Positions 13,591 to 27,400 of a DNA stretch of 64,000 nt are shown here, piece by piece; position 1 is the first letter of the stretch, and each line of letters begins with the position of its first letter. The notes under the pieces are model-generated. The model had not been told where the DNA came from. It searched no databases and saw nothing but the letters and a program-made list of their open reading frames with translations. Origin of the DNA: Tubiluchus corallicola (taxonomy: Eukaryota; Animalia; Priapulida); assembly GCA_030141605.1 (NCBI GenBank), contig JAQGDQ010000177.1, positions 248,001-312,000 of the forward strand, read 5' to 3'. The position numbers and the translations under genes are program-made.

Positions 13591-14048
13591 TCGAGAACAA
13601 CAATGCAACATTGTTCATATTTGACTTCAAATAAACCACCTCCAAACTTGGCCACTAGGTGTCCAGATTTCAGTATAGTTTCCTGGATTGTTTAAAACAC
13701 CCGAACAGCTGCCCTTCCACTTACTGCATGGTACTAAACTCAAAGCAAGAATAAGAAAAAGGTTTCAAGTTACTTTGTTAGTCAAAAATTGATTAAGCCA
13801 AGCTGCAAAATGATTCGAGTATCTTCTGAAAAGACATAATTTGAAGTATGGTTTTTAATGAAAAACGCGGAAATAAGAAGCCAAAACATTACTATTGACC
13901 CACGTTTGATTAAAAGCTCTGTAAACAAGTGAAGCGTTTAAATGAAATGTCTTGTCCTTTCAAACTGTTTAAATGAAAGAGTACATCTAAACGGAAAGAA
14001 ATGAAAGCAAACACATGTAGTAAGCAATGAATTTTGGCTCAGTATATT

Positions 14049-14660
<612 letters not shown>

Positions 14661-15149
14661 TTCTCTGTCTCTCTCTCTTTTTCTGTCCATCTCTCGCATT
14701 CTCTCGCCGTGAAAGGAAAACGGTGTCAAACGTTGCGATGCAATAAGAAGAGAGTAATCTTCATTCAACTCAGCATCACGGCTTCCCCCAAGGCAGCCCT
14801 TTGTAACCTTCATGGTTCATACAATTACAACTCTAGTCTCAAGCAGTGTGATGAAATAAAGACAGTAGTTTTCATTAAATTCAGCATCGCTGTTGCCCTG
14901 AGGTAGCCCTTTGTAACATCCACAGTTCATACAGCTCTGTAATTAATAACTGTAGCAAAAGGCATTCAAGTTTATTTTTCATTACATAGGTTTGTATTTC
15001 CCCAAGAAAACATTTGAGAACACACAACTAAAATGCATCTGTAATGTCCCGGGTGCAAAACACTAATAGTGAACGTGCGATACTAGTGAAGAGTAGAGCC
15101 CTAGTGCCTTATTTTGCAAATGGACGAAATCCAACGAATTCATTAATTT

Positions 15150-16214
15150 TGACATGTTTTAAAACTAAATGAGTCATTCGTTCACTTTGCTAAAATAATC
15201 ATTGAATGTTTCAAATCGTCAGCAAAGAGTAGTTTGCAACTGAGAGGGAGGATGTTCCTCTATCTTAAGAAATACTTCAACAGGCGTGCCCCAGGGCTCT
15301 GCTCTTGGGCCCCTCCTCTTTCTAACATACACAAATGATATAGTAAGTGATATCAACGCTGAAATACGACTCTTTGCTGACGATACTTCCCTGTTTATTT
15401 CTGTCGGGAATGCCAGATCATCTTCTAGTGCTTTAAATGACGACCTTTGCAAAATACATTTATAGGCTTGCCAATTTTAGTGCACAGAAAACCGAGTCTA
15501 TGGTTATTTCATTAAAAAACCCTCCCCAATACATACTTTATTATACTTCAATACTCAACCTATTATTGAAGTAGAATGTCACAAACACGTTGGTGTGACC
15601 TCTTCTGCAAATGCGCACACGTCTGACGGTATTGACACAATTATTAGTAAGACCAAAGAGCGACTCAATATCATTCGCAGTTTCAAGTTCTTTCTGGGCA
15701 GAAAGTCTCGAGATGCAATTCTCCAGAGTCTCGTTCGTCCTGTTCTTGAATATGCTTGCTGCGTTTGGGACAACTGCAATGTTATGCAATGAATAAACTC
15801 GAGGATATTCAGCTTCATTTAGCAATAACAATAACCGGCGCTATTCGTGGTACTGTCATCATTTGTACTATGAGTTGGAATTGCTTTCCTTGTGTAACAG
15901 ACGCTTGCGAGATTACTGATTGTAACTCTTGTGGATTTAAACATTGAATTGGAATTTAATAATTTGGCATATCAATTTATCTGCATTTTTATGTTACTTC
16001 ACAGGAAACTTGCTGCATTAATAACCTTGATTTTAGCACGCACTTCAATACTTCTTGTTTAACATCACTGTAAGAACTGTTATACGCACAAATTAGAAAA
16101 GCTAATTACAGAATCCGTAAATGTAATATTGAGAATTCACTCTGTATGGTGTCTATGTAAAATTGTATAATGTTAGTACAGATATTTTTGCCTGCAAAAA
16201 GAGGCTAAAAAGAC

Positions 16215-16251
<37 letters not shown>

Positions 16252-16734
16252 AGCGGTATAAACTTATACAGTTATATAAAATGTTCAGTGGAATTGCTCC
16301 TTCATACCTAGAAATTCTGCTGCCACCAACAGTAAGAAGATTCACTTCGCAAAAGTGACCAATTTTACAATGAATATCATAGAACAAGTCCTTGCAGCAG
16401 CTATTTTATAAGTGCGACAACTCAAAAACTAGGAACACTTTGCCCCATGATATTAGAATGCCCCTCACTTGTTCAATTTAAGCGTAAGCTGGACAGCTTA
16501 GGTGAGTCTAAAGTTAGTAAACTACCACCTCATTTCGCTGCTGGTGCTGTGTTTGGGCAGATTCATATTATGGCACAAATAAGAATGAACTGCAGTTTAC
16601 TAAAAGCACACATAGATTATAGTTTTATTGCCCCTTCACCGCAGTGCTTCTGTCGTGTACCCTATGAAGATCCCAACCATTTTCTTCTGCACTGCCCACT
16701 TTACAAGCAAATACATAATCAGTGCACAGTTTAA
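15150..16734 (+). mobile_element. Decayed CR1/L2-group LINE ORF2 (RT plus C-terminal CCHC), interrupted at about 15910-16250
   Basis: [41 protein letters not shown] and QCFCRVPYEDPNHFLLHCPLY, with stops and frameshifts. Confidence 0.88.
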
Positions 16735-17874
16735 ACAATAGTACTATTAGACCGAACAATAGCAATACTATTGTTTAAACTGTGCCCAGTGTGTCTATTC
16801 TATAAATGCACTCTTCGGAATAATATCCGAATACTACTATGTTGCGATTTTAACCCCTTTTATACTGCATGTAGGCCTATAATTAGCATGTGTGTAGGAC
16901 GGCGTAGCGGACAAAGCAATAATGAGAAAATTAACTCTCAGTTAACCTAACGTTATTAATGTGCCTCTAACTAAATTGTTATTTACAGAAATTTATCACA
17001 CACAAGTTTTAAGAAAATAACACACTGAAGCTACCAAACATTTTTTTTACCTAATTCTAATTCATATTGAAAATGATTACATGCGAACTGCAATTTTCAC
17101 TGCAAAAAAATTATTTGTCCGATTTTGCAGGGGGGGGGGGCGCAAATTTTGACAAGGGGGCGCCCCCCTCTGCTCCCCCTAGTTCCGCCACTGTTTTGTA
17201 GCTTTACATCAACATCAAACACACCACAACCAACTTGTCCTATACTTTCGCACCCCGCTGTTAAAAAACAAGTTACATAAATTTCTCAAACTTGTTCTTA
17301 CTAAATGAATAACTAACATTTCTTGTAATCGTGTACCTATGGAATTTGTAAATGACGTATCTACTCTCTTAAAGGCTTTTATATAGGTTATACCTGTGAA
17401 AGTTATTTGTGAAGTCGAAATTGAACACTTGTAGAAACAACTAAACACAAGATTACATGTTTGCACAAAACTAAAACACTTTTATTGCACTACATAGTTA
17501 TATGTAACATGACTGCTACACTGAGGAACAGAGTGTCCTGCAGTGATCACGAATGAGTAGACAGTGGCTAGAAGTGGAATCTAGCCAGTTTATATATGTA
17601 AAGAACTATGCAAAAACTTGGCTTCACATATCCCATTACAGTAAAATAGGGGAGATACAGAGAGTTTGAATATTCACTGGACTGAACAATTGTGATAAGG
17701 GGTGAATTAAACTAGTAAATGTTAAAGTAACTAATCAATAGATGGCAGCACCTAAAATATACAGTTACAACTTTCACATCACCTGTTAGTCAATCAGCGT
17801 TTGACTAATTGCCTATTGTACTTATTATACATTTAGTTATGATTATAATGTTTCTTGCAAAATTCAAATATTGT

Positions 17875-18410
17875 TTAAATTATCTATTCATAGAGGCGTC
17901 TAAAACTTTCGGTAAGTTGAATTACTCTAAATTATTTCTAAAGCTGATAGACACTCAGTGTCCACACATTATTGTATATATTTGTTATACTAGACTGCAT
18001 ATGTACAACTTGCGCACAAAATGGGGTAATACTTTATCTGCTAATTTTGCTGTTTCTAGCAGGTTGAGACGAGGAAGTCTTTTGTCTCCTAAATTGAACA
18101 ATACGCATATGTATGATGCCATATTTTAACGAGGACCAAGCACCGTTATTTTATTGGCAATATTTACGCAAATCACTGATCTACGCGAATGATACTTACT
18201 TACAATTCACTGAGAAATACACGAAATAAGTTAGAAGTTGCTATTAACATAAAGAAAGCAAAACTTTTCTCTGAAACCTAATTCGATGGTCATTTTTCTC
18301 ACAGGAGGAGTATGACTGTCTAATCACTATAAAGAGAAATACCTAGGGCATTTATGTGTGTGTGTGTGTGTGGTGTGTGTGTGTGTGTGTGTGTGTGCGT
18401 GCGTGCGTGC

Positions 18411-18463
<53 letters not shown>

Positions 18464-19290
18464 TGTGTGTACAAAAATTAATTTAAAAAAATGAATAAAA
18501 GAGGTACGGTTAGTTTACAAACTAGTGACGGTAGAGAAGATAAAGCAACGTCGCCTTGTCGCACCAGAGAGCAACAATATAATTCTAAACTTTTCCTTCC
18601 GCAGCTGTTAATAAAAACCATCTTGGTCAATCATTGCAGTTATTTCTACTGTTCAGCACTTTGACATAAGTATTATAATATTATGTGGTCTTAAAAATCT
18701 GTGCGTCATATAATAAGGATATGCGTACGTTACTTAATCAACCGTATGATTGCTCTGCTAGAAGTAGTGATCTTGGTATTTTCAGCATTTCCAAACTATT
18801 TTCAGGCGACTACCCGATAAAAATGATAAAAAACGAGTGTTCAACACATTTAGTGCTTGTTTTTGTGAGATGACTAACAATTTTCTTTTTTCTAGATTCG
18901 AAGTATTCTGTTATGGAGCTAAATACAGTTTTGGAATTGAGCCGGCTTATGGTGTTTTTTGGTTTACATACACATATACGCTTACCAATAGTTTTAAATT
19001 TAATATAGTTGCTGTTTTTTTGTTTATTATTAGTGGTAGTGAGTGTGAATTTAAAATAAAATTATGACTATTTGTAACTAGCTTATTATGGATATGCATA
19101 CGTTACTTAATTAACCATATGATTGCTCTGCTAGAAGTAAGTGTATGATCTTGGTATACCATATTTTGACGTATTATTACAGAAATCTGCTTACTCTGCA
19201 AAAAGTAGGGTTTTAATTTTCAAAAAATGCTCCGAGTGATACTGCAAATAGTGACTACTTCTTTTATTCAGAATTATATTCCAAATGGTT
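17875..19290 (+). mobile_element. Decayed LINE ORF2 (RT to C-terminus), interrupted by (GT)n and an insert
   Basis: FIEASKTFGKLNYSKLF..KWGNTLS..F.V...RRGSLLSPKL resembles the RT consensus FLDASKAFD..GVRQG..LSP; later YDCSARS. Confidence 0.75.
18355..18470. repeat. (GT)n microsatellite
   Basis: Direct inspection. Confidence 0.97.
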
Positions 19291-21371
19291 TATTGGTAAG
19301 ACTGAATTGGTAGGTCGTGTTTCTAAGACTGAACGCGCCGTTAGGATGCGAGCCCCTGGGCCACGGATTCGAACCATGCTCCTGCACAACATTTTTTTAG
19401 TCTGCAGGCGGCCGCTTATGATAGTGTTACGCTCGATTACAGAATATATGTGAGTTTTCCTAGGCTTTCAAGAAGTAACAAAAGTTGGATATGGAATTTA
19501 CCTAAATACTACAGTGACAAGACCTTACCGAATATAAATGATGTTATTACACGAAATATAACAGGGTCCTTTACATATGGGTTGGTTTGGGAGAACTACC
19601 TAATGATGTAATCGATAAATTGTATGTTTACTCTGCATATCATAATACAACTATATGGACAAATTGGTACAATTTTAAAGGTAATTTTTATTGGGTTTTA
19701 TGCATATTTGTTTTGTCTGTCTTGTGTATTTATGTTTTGTGTCTGTGTGCGTATGTACGTACGTGTATGTGTAAACATTGTTACGACGGCGAAGTGCCAT
19801 TTATTTTCACACGTATGTCCACATTGTGATGGTTCGATTCACTACGAAGCAGCAACTCGCTGACGGACAGGTGTGTTTAACATCTCAGCACCTGTTCCGT
19901 AGAACTAGCATGGAACACAAAGGACTCTGGCAAGTTTATTCTAGAAAAATAATCTGTTTCTTTCGTTTCTCTAACGTGGTTTTATAACATGAAATGAACA
20001 AGTGAATCAGCACCATCCGCTCGACATTACAATATTTTAGTAATTTCTACCGTAATTTTATAATATAGCCTAGCTATATACAACTTTAATTTTTTGTATA
20101 ATGCTATGTTCTTCTGAATGTATGAAATAAATTAAAAATAATAAATAAATTAAAACTACAAATCCAGAACTAAAAATAATCAATTAGACAGTTTGGGCTT
20201 CATTACTTAGCAACAGGGAATCTGGCACTCTGTGGCAGGGTCTGTAGACGAATGGATGGTTGGACTGTCTTGTCATCAAGGACACACGTTTTAAAACGAG
20301 ACACTGGACAGGTAGAAAAGTTTTAGTCAAATATGGATCCTCAGCGATGTAGATAGTCAAAATAAATATGACAGATGCAGTATTTGGAATGAATATTGAA
20401 TCATCTACTGAAAGCCACTCACCATTTACTGACAGGCTTCAGCAATGCTTAACTTCAATCAGTATGTGCACACTATCACCACTCAGCTTTCCTATTCTTA
20501 GATTGATGATGCATACATATTTAATTTGCAAATACAAAAAAATTCCAATACATAATATTGTAATAATATATCATTATTTTAAACTAATTAATAATAAAAT
20601 ACCAAACATCAATGAATAAGCGAAGTGCATGCATTACAGGTCAGTTTAAGTAAAACAAACATCAACAATATCATGTAAAAGAAGAAGTTTTCTTCACTTT
20701 TTAAAAAAAAAGTGAAGTTACAAATATACTGTCAAAAATTCAATGAAAAAATTCTGCGAAAACAAGCAGAAAAACAAGAACTCACTTGTCATTAAAAGGG
20801 TACTAGTCCACGCTGCTTACTACTCCATACAACAGATGGGGACACATGCTGTGCGTCACATAGGCCTGCCATGAAAGAATATTTACATACTAAGTGACAC
20901 CATTGTTGCAGCATTAAACTAGACGTTCAACTTATGCCTGAGCAGCTGCAACCATTTTTCTTAAATTAATAGCAACAGCTTAGAAATTCACAGCTTACTA
21001 ATTAGCAACTGTTGCTATGACAACAAAACAAAAACAACACACTTCAATATGAAAATGTGTGTAGGAACATGTTAAAGAATTAAGTAAAAGATACACTGCA
21101 TTTACAGAAACTGATTTAACGCAAACACTCGAATAACGGATTGAATTTTACCACATCAACCAGCACAAATCCGGATACGCCGTATCCGTTCACAGCATTA
21201 TTTTTATACCTCATTAGCATCTTCTGCTTGCTCTACAATCATCTCATTAATACACACTAAGATTTGCTCCAGTGTAAAATAATGTACCGAGTAACAATTA
21301 TTAAACAAGTATGTAATAAAGAAACATTTGTTAACAAACTCTTGTCAAACTATTTATAACAGAAACGTCTT

Positions 21372-21484
21372 TCACTTTCGCGACGTCCTTTGGAGGTTCT
21401 TTTGCTGCCTGTTGTCTGCTTGTTGGCTTCTTGTTACCGCTTTTTCTGTTAACTCTGAAGCCACCCTATCGAGAGATTTCTTTC
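21372..21484 (-). CDS. SNAPC4: SNAPC4 exon 25 (last coding exon, TGA)
   Basis: attccag acceptor; in frame to ...LQRTSRK* with TGA at 21374-21372. Confidence 0.78.
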
Positions 21485-24400
21485 CTGGAATCAAATTTCG
21501 GGAAACTTGTAATTATACGTTGCAACTCCGTAAAGCAACAAATGGATAATACAAAATCGATAACAGATTCAACCGACTAACATCTAGAAATAAATTTATT
21601 TGAGAAAATAAATATTTGAGAAGAGAGGAGATTGGATTTGAACTCGAGACTGTGAGTTCAATGCAAGAAAGCTCTACCCAACTGAGCTATATGATCTGCC
21701 TGGCAAGGTGGGCAAGGCGAGCATAATATCTCTGGTTCAAATCCCAGTTTGATCATAATTTTTTAACGTGTTCTTATCTTACAAAATTGTTCCGTTAAGT
21801 TCAATAATTACAAGTTTTCAGCTTGTCAGATGAATTATTAAAAGCAAGGCCACATATGGGGCATTACCTTCATCCATCTGATACTTACCAATTATAAAAT
21901 CAAATCACTCAAAGAATTCGAGCAATTTTTAATTTTCCATTTAAGAAATGTTCAGTTGGCAAATGTACAGTTTAACCAAAAAACTGATCATTCAAATGAC
22001 AAACACTATTAGATGGTTAATGACTATGACACATGTACTGCTTTTGTTGATTAACTGAGGTACACCAAAACAATTATTTCAAAATAATAAAGAACTACCA
22101 GGTAAGTAAAAAGGTGTAGGAGTGTAGGTGGAGGACAAAAACAGGAGTTTTCCCTATCCTTCACAAATTTGATTCTTACAGATTAGAATAATTCAAGAAC
22201 TTTGTCTATAGTTACTCCTAAGGATACTGACAAGGAAGCACCTGCTATCTTTGTTAGCAGCAGATATGACGGCACTTCTTACCTGAAGTTGATATTTTCC
22301 TCACTTTTGCTGGGGTGGCTTCATTCAATGTCTTCGCTACAGTATCACTAGCGCACTCTCGGTGCTGTTGCTGTTGCTGCTGCTGCTGCTGCTTGTCCGC
22401 CGTTTCTGTAGCGACGCTCGGTTTCTTGAGTGGCTTGCGTTTACGTCTCGACGATGGAGATTGTCCAACAGCAGTAGTTGGTGCTGAATTTGCAGCTGTT
22501 GTTATAGTCGATGCTGCAATTGTTGATGTTGATGTTGTTGATGAAGTCATTGTCAATATTGCCGTTGTCGACATTGTTCTTGTCGATGCCGCTATAGTTT
22601 TAGATGCTGTTGTGTTACAAAATTCTGGCGGTGAGGTTACTGCTACTCTTTTTGGAATTTTTGTCGATTTTGTCGACACCTTTGCCTCAGGAGTTGTTAC
22701 GGATGAAACAAGTGAAGAATCTGGTGGCGAATGCACAGGCGTAGGAGATGTCGATGTGGCCGACACATTTTCCTTTCTCATCGATGGCTTGTTCCTCGCA
22801 TACCTAAAACAATTCAACAGTTACTATAATAACTGTTTTACTGCAGTATTATTTACTGCCCACACGGTACATAATTTTAGAGAAATTTTCAACCAGTCAT
22901 CAATCAAATTTAAACAGCTCAAATGACAAAGTAAAACAGTAACCATAGATTCCCAGTTTTATTCACGAGTCAATTAGGTACAGTAAGTCCTCACTCAACG
23001 ACACTAATGCATTCCAGCACAATGCGACGTTAAGTGAAATGTCGTTAAACGAAGCAAAGACTTTCATAGAAAGCAACGTAAAAGAAATGGGATACGTTCC
23101 AGAGGCAAAAATTAATGCTGCTTAAATCATATAAATTAAATGTAAAAATGTTGTTGATACAATAAAAATTGGCTCTGTGCAAAGCAAAAAAATCATCGTT
23201 AAAAATGAAATGGTACGTCACATGTTCAGCATCGTTAAAATCGAAAAACGTCGCTAAGTGGGGAATCATTAAGCAAGGACTTACTGTACATAGTGCCATC
23301 CCGTTATCACATTTATCTAATGAAGGATGGCTCGAGTGGATGACCATTATGGTACTTCACCATTCTATTTCCAATAATTATGATAATTTAATACTTTTCT
23401 TTGTTTCATTTACATCATGAATGTGAAAATAAATGCATTTTTGAACTGAATTGAAAAAAATTAGGTCGAGGCAACATATTTTATTCACTGAAAACAGAAC
23501 TACTTCAAATACACAATATGAATGTGAAACTTAGTTTTTTGCATTACAGTATCCGATACTAACTGCGCTAGAATTTTCGTCTTAAAAAACATTTCATTTT
23601 TTCTCCATTCACAATGGTTTTCCTCAGTTCACCTATTCATGAGCAAACCAAAGCCAATATTGGTTTCCTTGCTGACCCAAATTAAACTCCTAGCCTCAAC
23701 TATGCTTAGTGAAAATATGTGAAAAAGCAAATGAGATATAAAAGAAAAAGTAACAGTTCCGACATGTTTATCTAGTGCAACATATACCACCAAAAATCTC
23801 ATAAGAGATTATTGGTATTTGATATTTTTAGATCTAATTTTTCTTTTCAGGTCAATTTCTTTTAAGATTAGTTTGAAAAAATTCAGCATTTTTGAAACTA
23901 TGACATGTGTGTGTATAACACGAATATTTTTGCTAAATCACCTATTCATTTTTCTCTTTATGCTGAAAATTATCTATGCCAAGGATTTAAAGGGCAGTAC
24001 ATACGTTTTAGAAATACTATGTTTCTGGGGATGTGAATACTGCTGAACCGGAATGGCGGCACCTCCAACCACCTGCGGCGGCTCCATCGTGGACATGAGA
24101 GCTGGCCAATAAAAGAGGGAAAGGAATCGATTCTTCAGTAGCATGTATTCCTCTTGCTTTCGGTACACGGTCAATGGATCGTCCGGTGTTGTAACGACTG
24201 TTGTCCGCTCCTGGGAAACCACAGCTTGCTTGGACGTGACTGGAGAGGTCTGCACATCGGGACACGGTGCCACGCACGCAGAAGCGTCACCGCTGCCCTG
24301 TCTGCTTGCATCACTGCCACTTTGCTGCTCAACTGACTGCTCGTCTGTCTTTTCTTTGAGCTCTAGCAGCCTGCGACTTCGGCTCGGCGACATGATCACA

Positions 24401-27400
24401 GAGACGGGCTTCGTGAAGGTCGAGTCGGCCTGAAAGGTCAGAGTAGGCTTCGGGGATTCTGCAGTGACCTGCTGCTTGCAACTCTGAACCGCATCTTTGA
24501 GCAGCCGAGTGCCCAATCGTTGCTTCCCCCCTTTCTCCTGTCCATCGTCTTTGCTAGGAGACTCCCCAACCACGGGCGAGGCATCGGATGTGGTAGCACC
24601 TTCGGACAATGACCGTGTGGAACTCGGACTCGCTGTTCCACTCAAGACCACTTCTTTGAGGGTGATAACATTGTCAATGTTTTGTAGCACGTCGTTCACC
24701 AGGGTGCCTTGTGGAAAAGTGATGAGAACATTTTCTCGGTCAGCGACGGAGTTTTCAGGTTTATCGCTCTGGCTTTGCTCTTTGGGGTCTGATTCTGCAA
24801 CCTCTCCTGAAAGTGTTTCTTGCAGCTGCAAAACACAGAAAGTAACTGAGTTATCACTGCCAATGTGTAACAGTTCACATGCAAGCAGTTGGAAGCCACC
24901 TGGTTGATGCTTTAAGAAGCTCACAGGCACAATTATTGCAAGAGACGTAACATTTGTCACAAAGTTAACTAGTATCATCAGTGCCACATTAACTGGCTTT
25001 GGCCTGTCAAAATGATGCAGGTGGGCCAAAAAAAGATGTAGTTTACCTTTGCTACTCTACAAAAGATGTTGTTACCATGATTTATTACCGTGACAACTTA
25101 AAGTAGCTAAATTACATAGTGTTCTCATTACAAAAGATATGGTAGAAATAAGCAAGAAAATAGTGTTGAACGGAGACAGCAACCTGCAGCAAGACGTCAG
25201 TTTAATAAGAGTGCTCATCACGAAAAGCCACTTCAGTCTAGCATAGTTTGCAAGTACTGCAAAAAGCCAGGGCATATTTAAATGACGTCTTATTCTCATG
25301 TCAAGGAACTAATAGTACAGTTTATCCATTGTATAGATAGACCAGCTGGTTAAAGTTGACAATTCTCCACACACAAGGAATTAATTCATAAAGCAGATTA
25401 GGATTGGGGTTAAGATTAGGCTTAGGATTAGGGTTGGGAATTGGATCGGTGTTAGGGTTAAGATTGGAGTTAGGATTGGGGTTAGGATTAGGTTTGGGGA
25501 TAGTATTAGGATTGGGAATAGGATTAGTGTTAGGTTAGGGTTAGCGTTGGGGTTAAGATACTTCCAGAATGTAATTAAGTGAATTAACTTAATTTACTTC
25601 ATCTAACGTTTTTGCAGAAAGCTGTGACTACATCTACGGCGTATTACAGTTAAAGCAGTGACTTTTTTGACTTTCACAATAACAAGAGCTACATTTAGAC
25701 AATGAGACTGCAGCAAATGACGTAATTTGCCTGTAAAATCTGTCACATGGTAATAAGAACCAACGTCATCACTGATACGTGTAATGCTAACAGCACAAGA
25801 AGCACCATCTTTTTAAACTGATTGAGTCTGACAATATAACATTTCACCACACTAAGCAGTTTTCACTGTTTCAGAAAGGAAGGCTTAGACAAGGTTTCAT
25901 TTAAAGTACGTCCCAAAGAATTTCCCACATAAACTTATATTCCGTAGCATTGAGCTTACTTGCTGAAAGACTTACGTAACTAAAAAAGAAAATTCTTAGT
26001 AATTTACAATGTTCACACTAACTGGTAAACTGTCACTGATTCACTTTTCCAGTGTGCACCACTAATTTATCAAAAAATATATTTTTCATCTGACTGACAT
26101 GATACAGTAATTTATACTTTGCTTGGTTAGTGAAGAGTGCATTACAAATGCTCAGATTGTTTTTCAAACTTCACGCAATGTTATCTAAACTTGTTTCAAA
26201 CGGCCTACCATCAAAATGGCTGCTCCTAACTGTTATCCCGGGAGTTTAAATTTATTCAGTGTTACCGCTATTACAAGCTGTGTTCACTAAGGCAGTATGT
26301 AGGTGATACAAAATTTCAAGATGAATTTATGAATTAGTTTTATGTAAGTAAAGGATTTTCTTGTGCATTAAGTAAACTCATGAGTTGGTAATTAAACACT
26401 CTCTTATAGAAATTTTTGTCGATTTCTTTTAAACTTGCTTCTTTATTAAAAAAATGAATCATTTAAAGCTATGGCAAATATTATTTGACACAATTCTAAA
26501 TTATTAAGAAATTATTAAAAGTATTAAGCAATTATTAAAAAATCGCATCTATATGATGTAAGAACAAATTTAGAGATCGGGTAGTGCTGGGCAAATTTAA
26601 AAAAAAATTGAATCCAGATCGAATTTTAAATTTTTAGTTCAAATTTAGTCAAACATACTGGCGTTTCAATGGACAGCTAAGTCTAAAACTGGCATGAAAT
26701 CGCTTAAATTCTGGCAATAAACACAAACCTAGCAGCATTAAATTAAACAAACGCTTATACAGCACCTTTAACAAGTCTGGTCTCTCCGAAAGGAAACGTC
26801 TAAATGCTTTCACTGTTGTTATTGACGGAGGCATCAGTCGCATATAATCAGTTGCTGAAGGAGAAATAGTACAATGTGTCACTCATGAATATTGTAGTTT
26901 ATATATTTTCTTGCTGTTTTGATAATTTGTAGAAGATTACTAAGGAAGGATTGCATATCATTACAAAGGTTATACTCAAAATCATAGTTCATTGTGTTCG
27001 TACAGTAACATAATAAATTATAATTTTGTTTAATTAAACATTCATTCTCCAACCTAACTGCAAACATACATATATACTCCGTTTTTTAGTAACTACTAAT
27101 TTAGGAAATCAAACGGATTAAATTAATTTATTACCTGTACCTCATTACTCACTAGTGCTCTCTGTGATCATTTACTATTAAATTTTAACACATTAAAAGG
27201 AGGGCTGACTTGATGACCTTTTGGTCGGCTCGCTGTCCTCTCTCCCTTTTACTCATTAGTGGCAATTAGGCCCAATTTACCTGTATACTATTCATCATTA
27301 CTGCGTATTATTTTGAATATGGAAAAAATAAATTTTAATTCAATTCAGTTCGTCAGTCGCATATGATCAGTTGTTGAAAGAAAAAATTACCAAACTCGTA

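Noticed and set aside
13014-13655. His-, Asn-, Leu- and Ile-rich ORFs
   Set aside because: Translations of trinucleotide repeats with no gene structure.
21878-21895. ATACTTACC resembling the U1 snRNA 5' end
   Set aside because: The match stops after 9 nt and no U1 body follows. I recognised no snRNA gene in the window.
22315-22926. 203-aa plus-strand ORF
   Set aside because: Antisense shadow of SNAPC4 exon 24.
24826-25029. N-terminal extension of the 351-aa ORF as a standalone gene
   Set aside because: Intronic read-through upstream of a strong acceptor at 24826; the rest is SNAPC4 exon 23.
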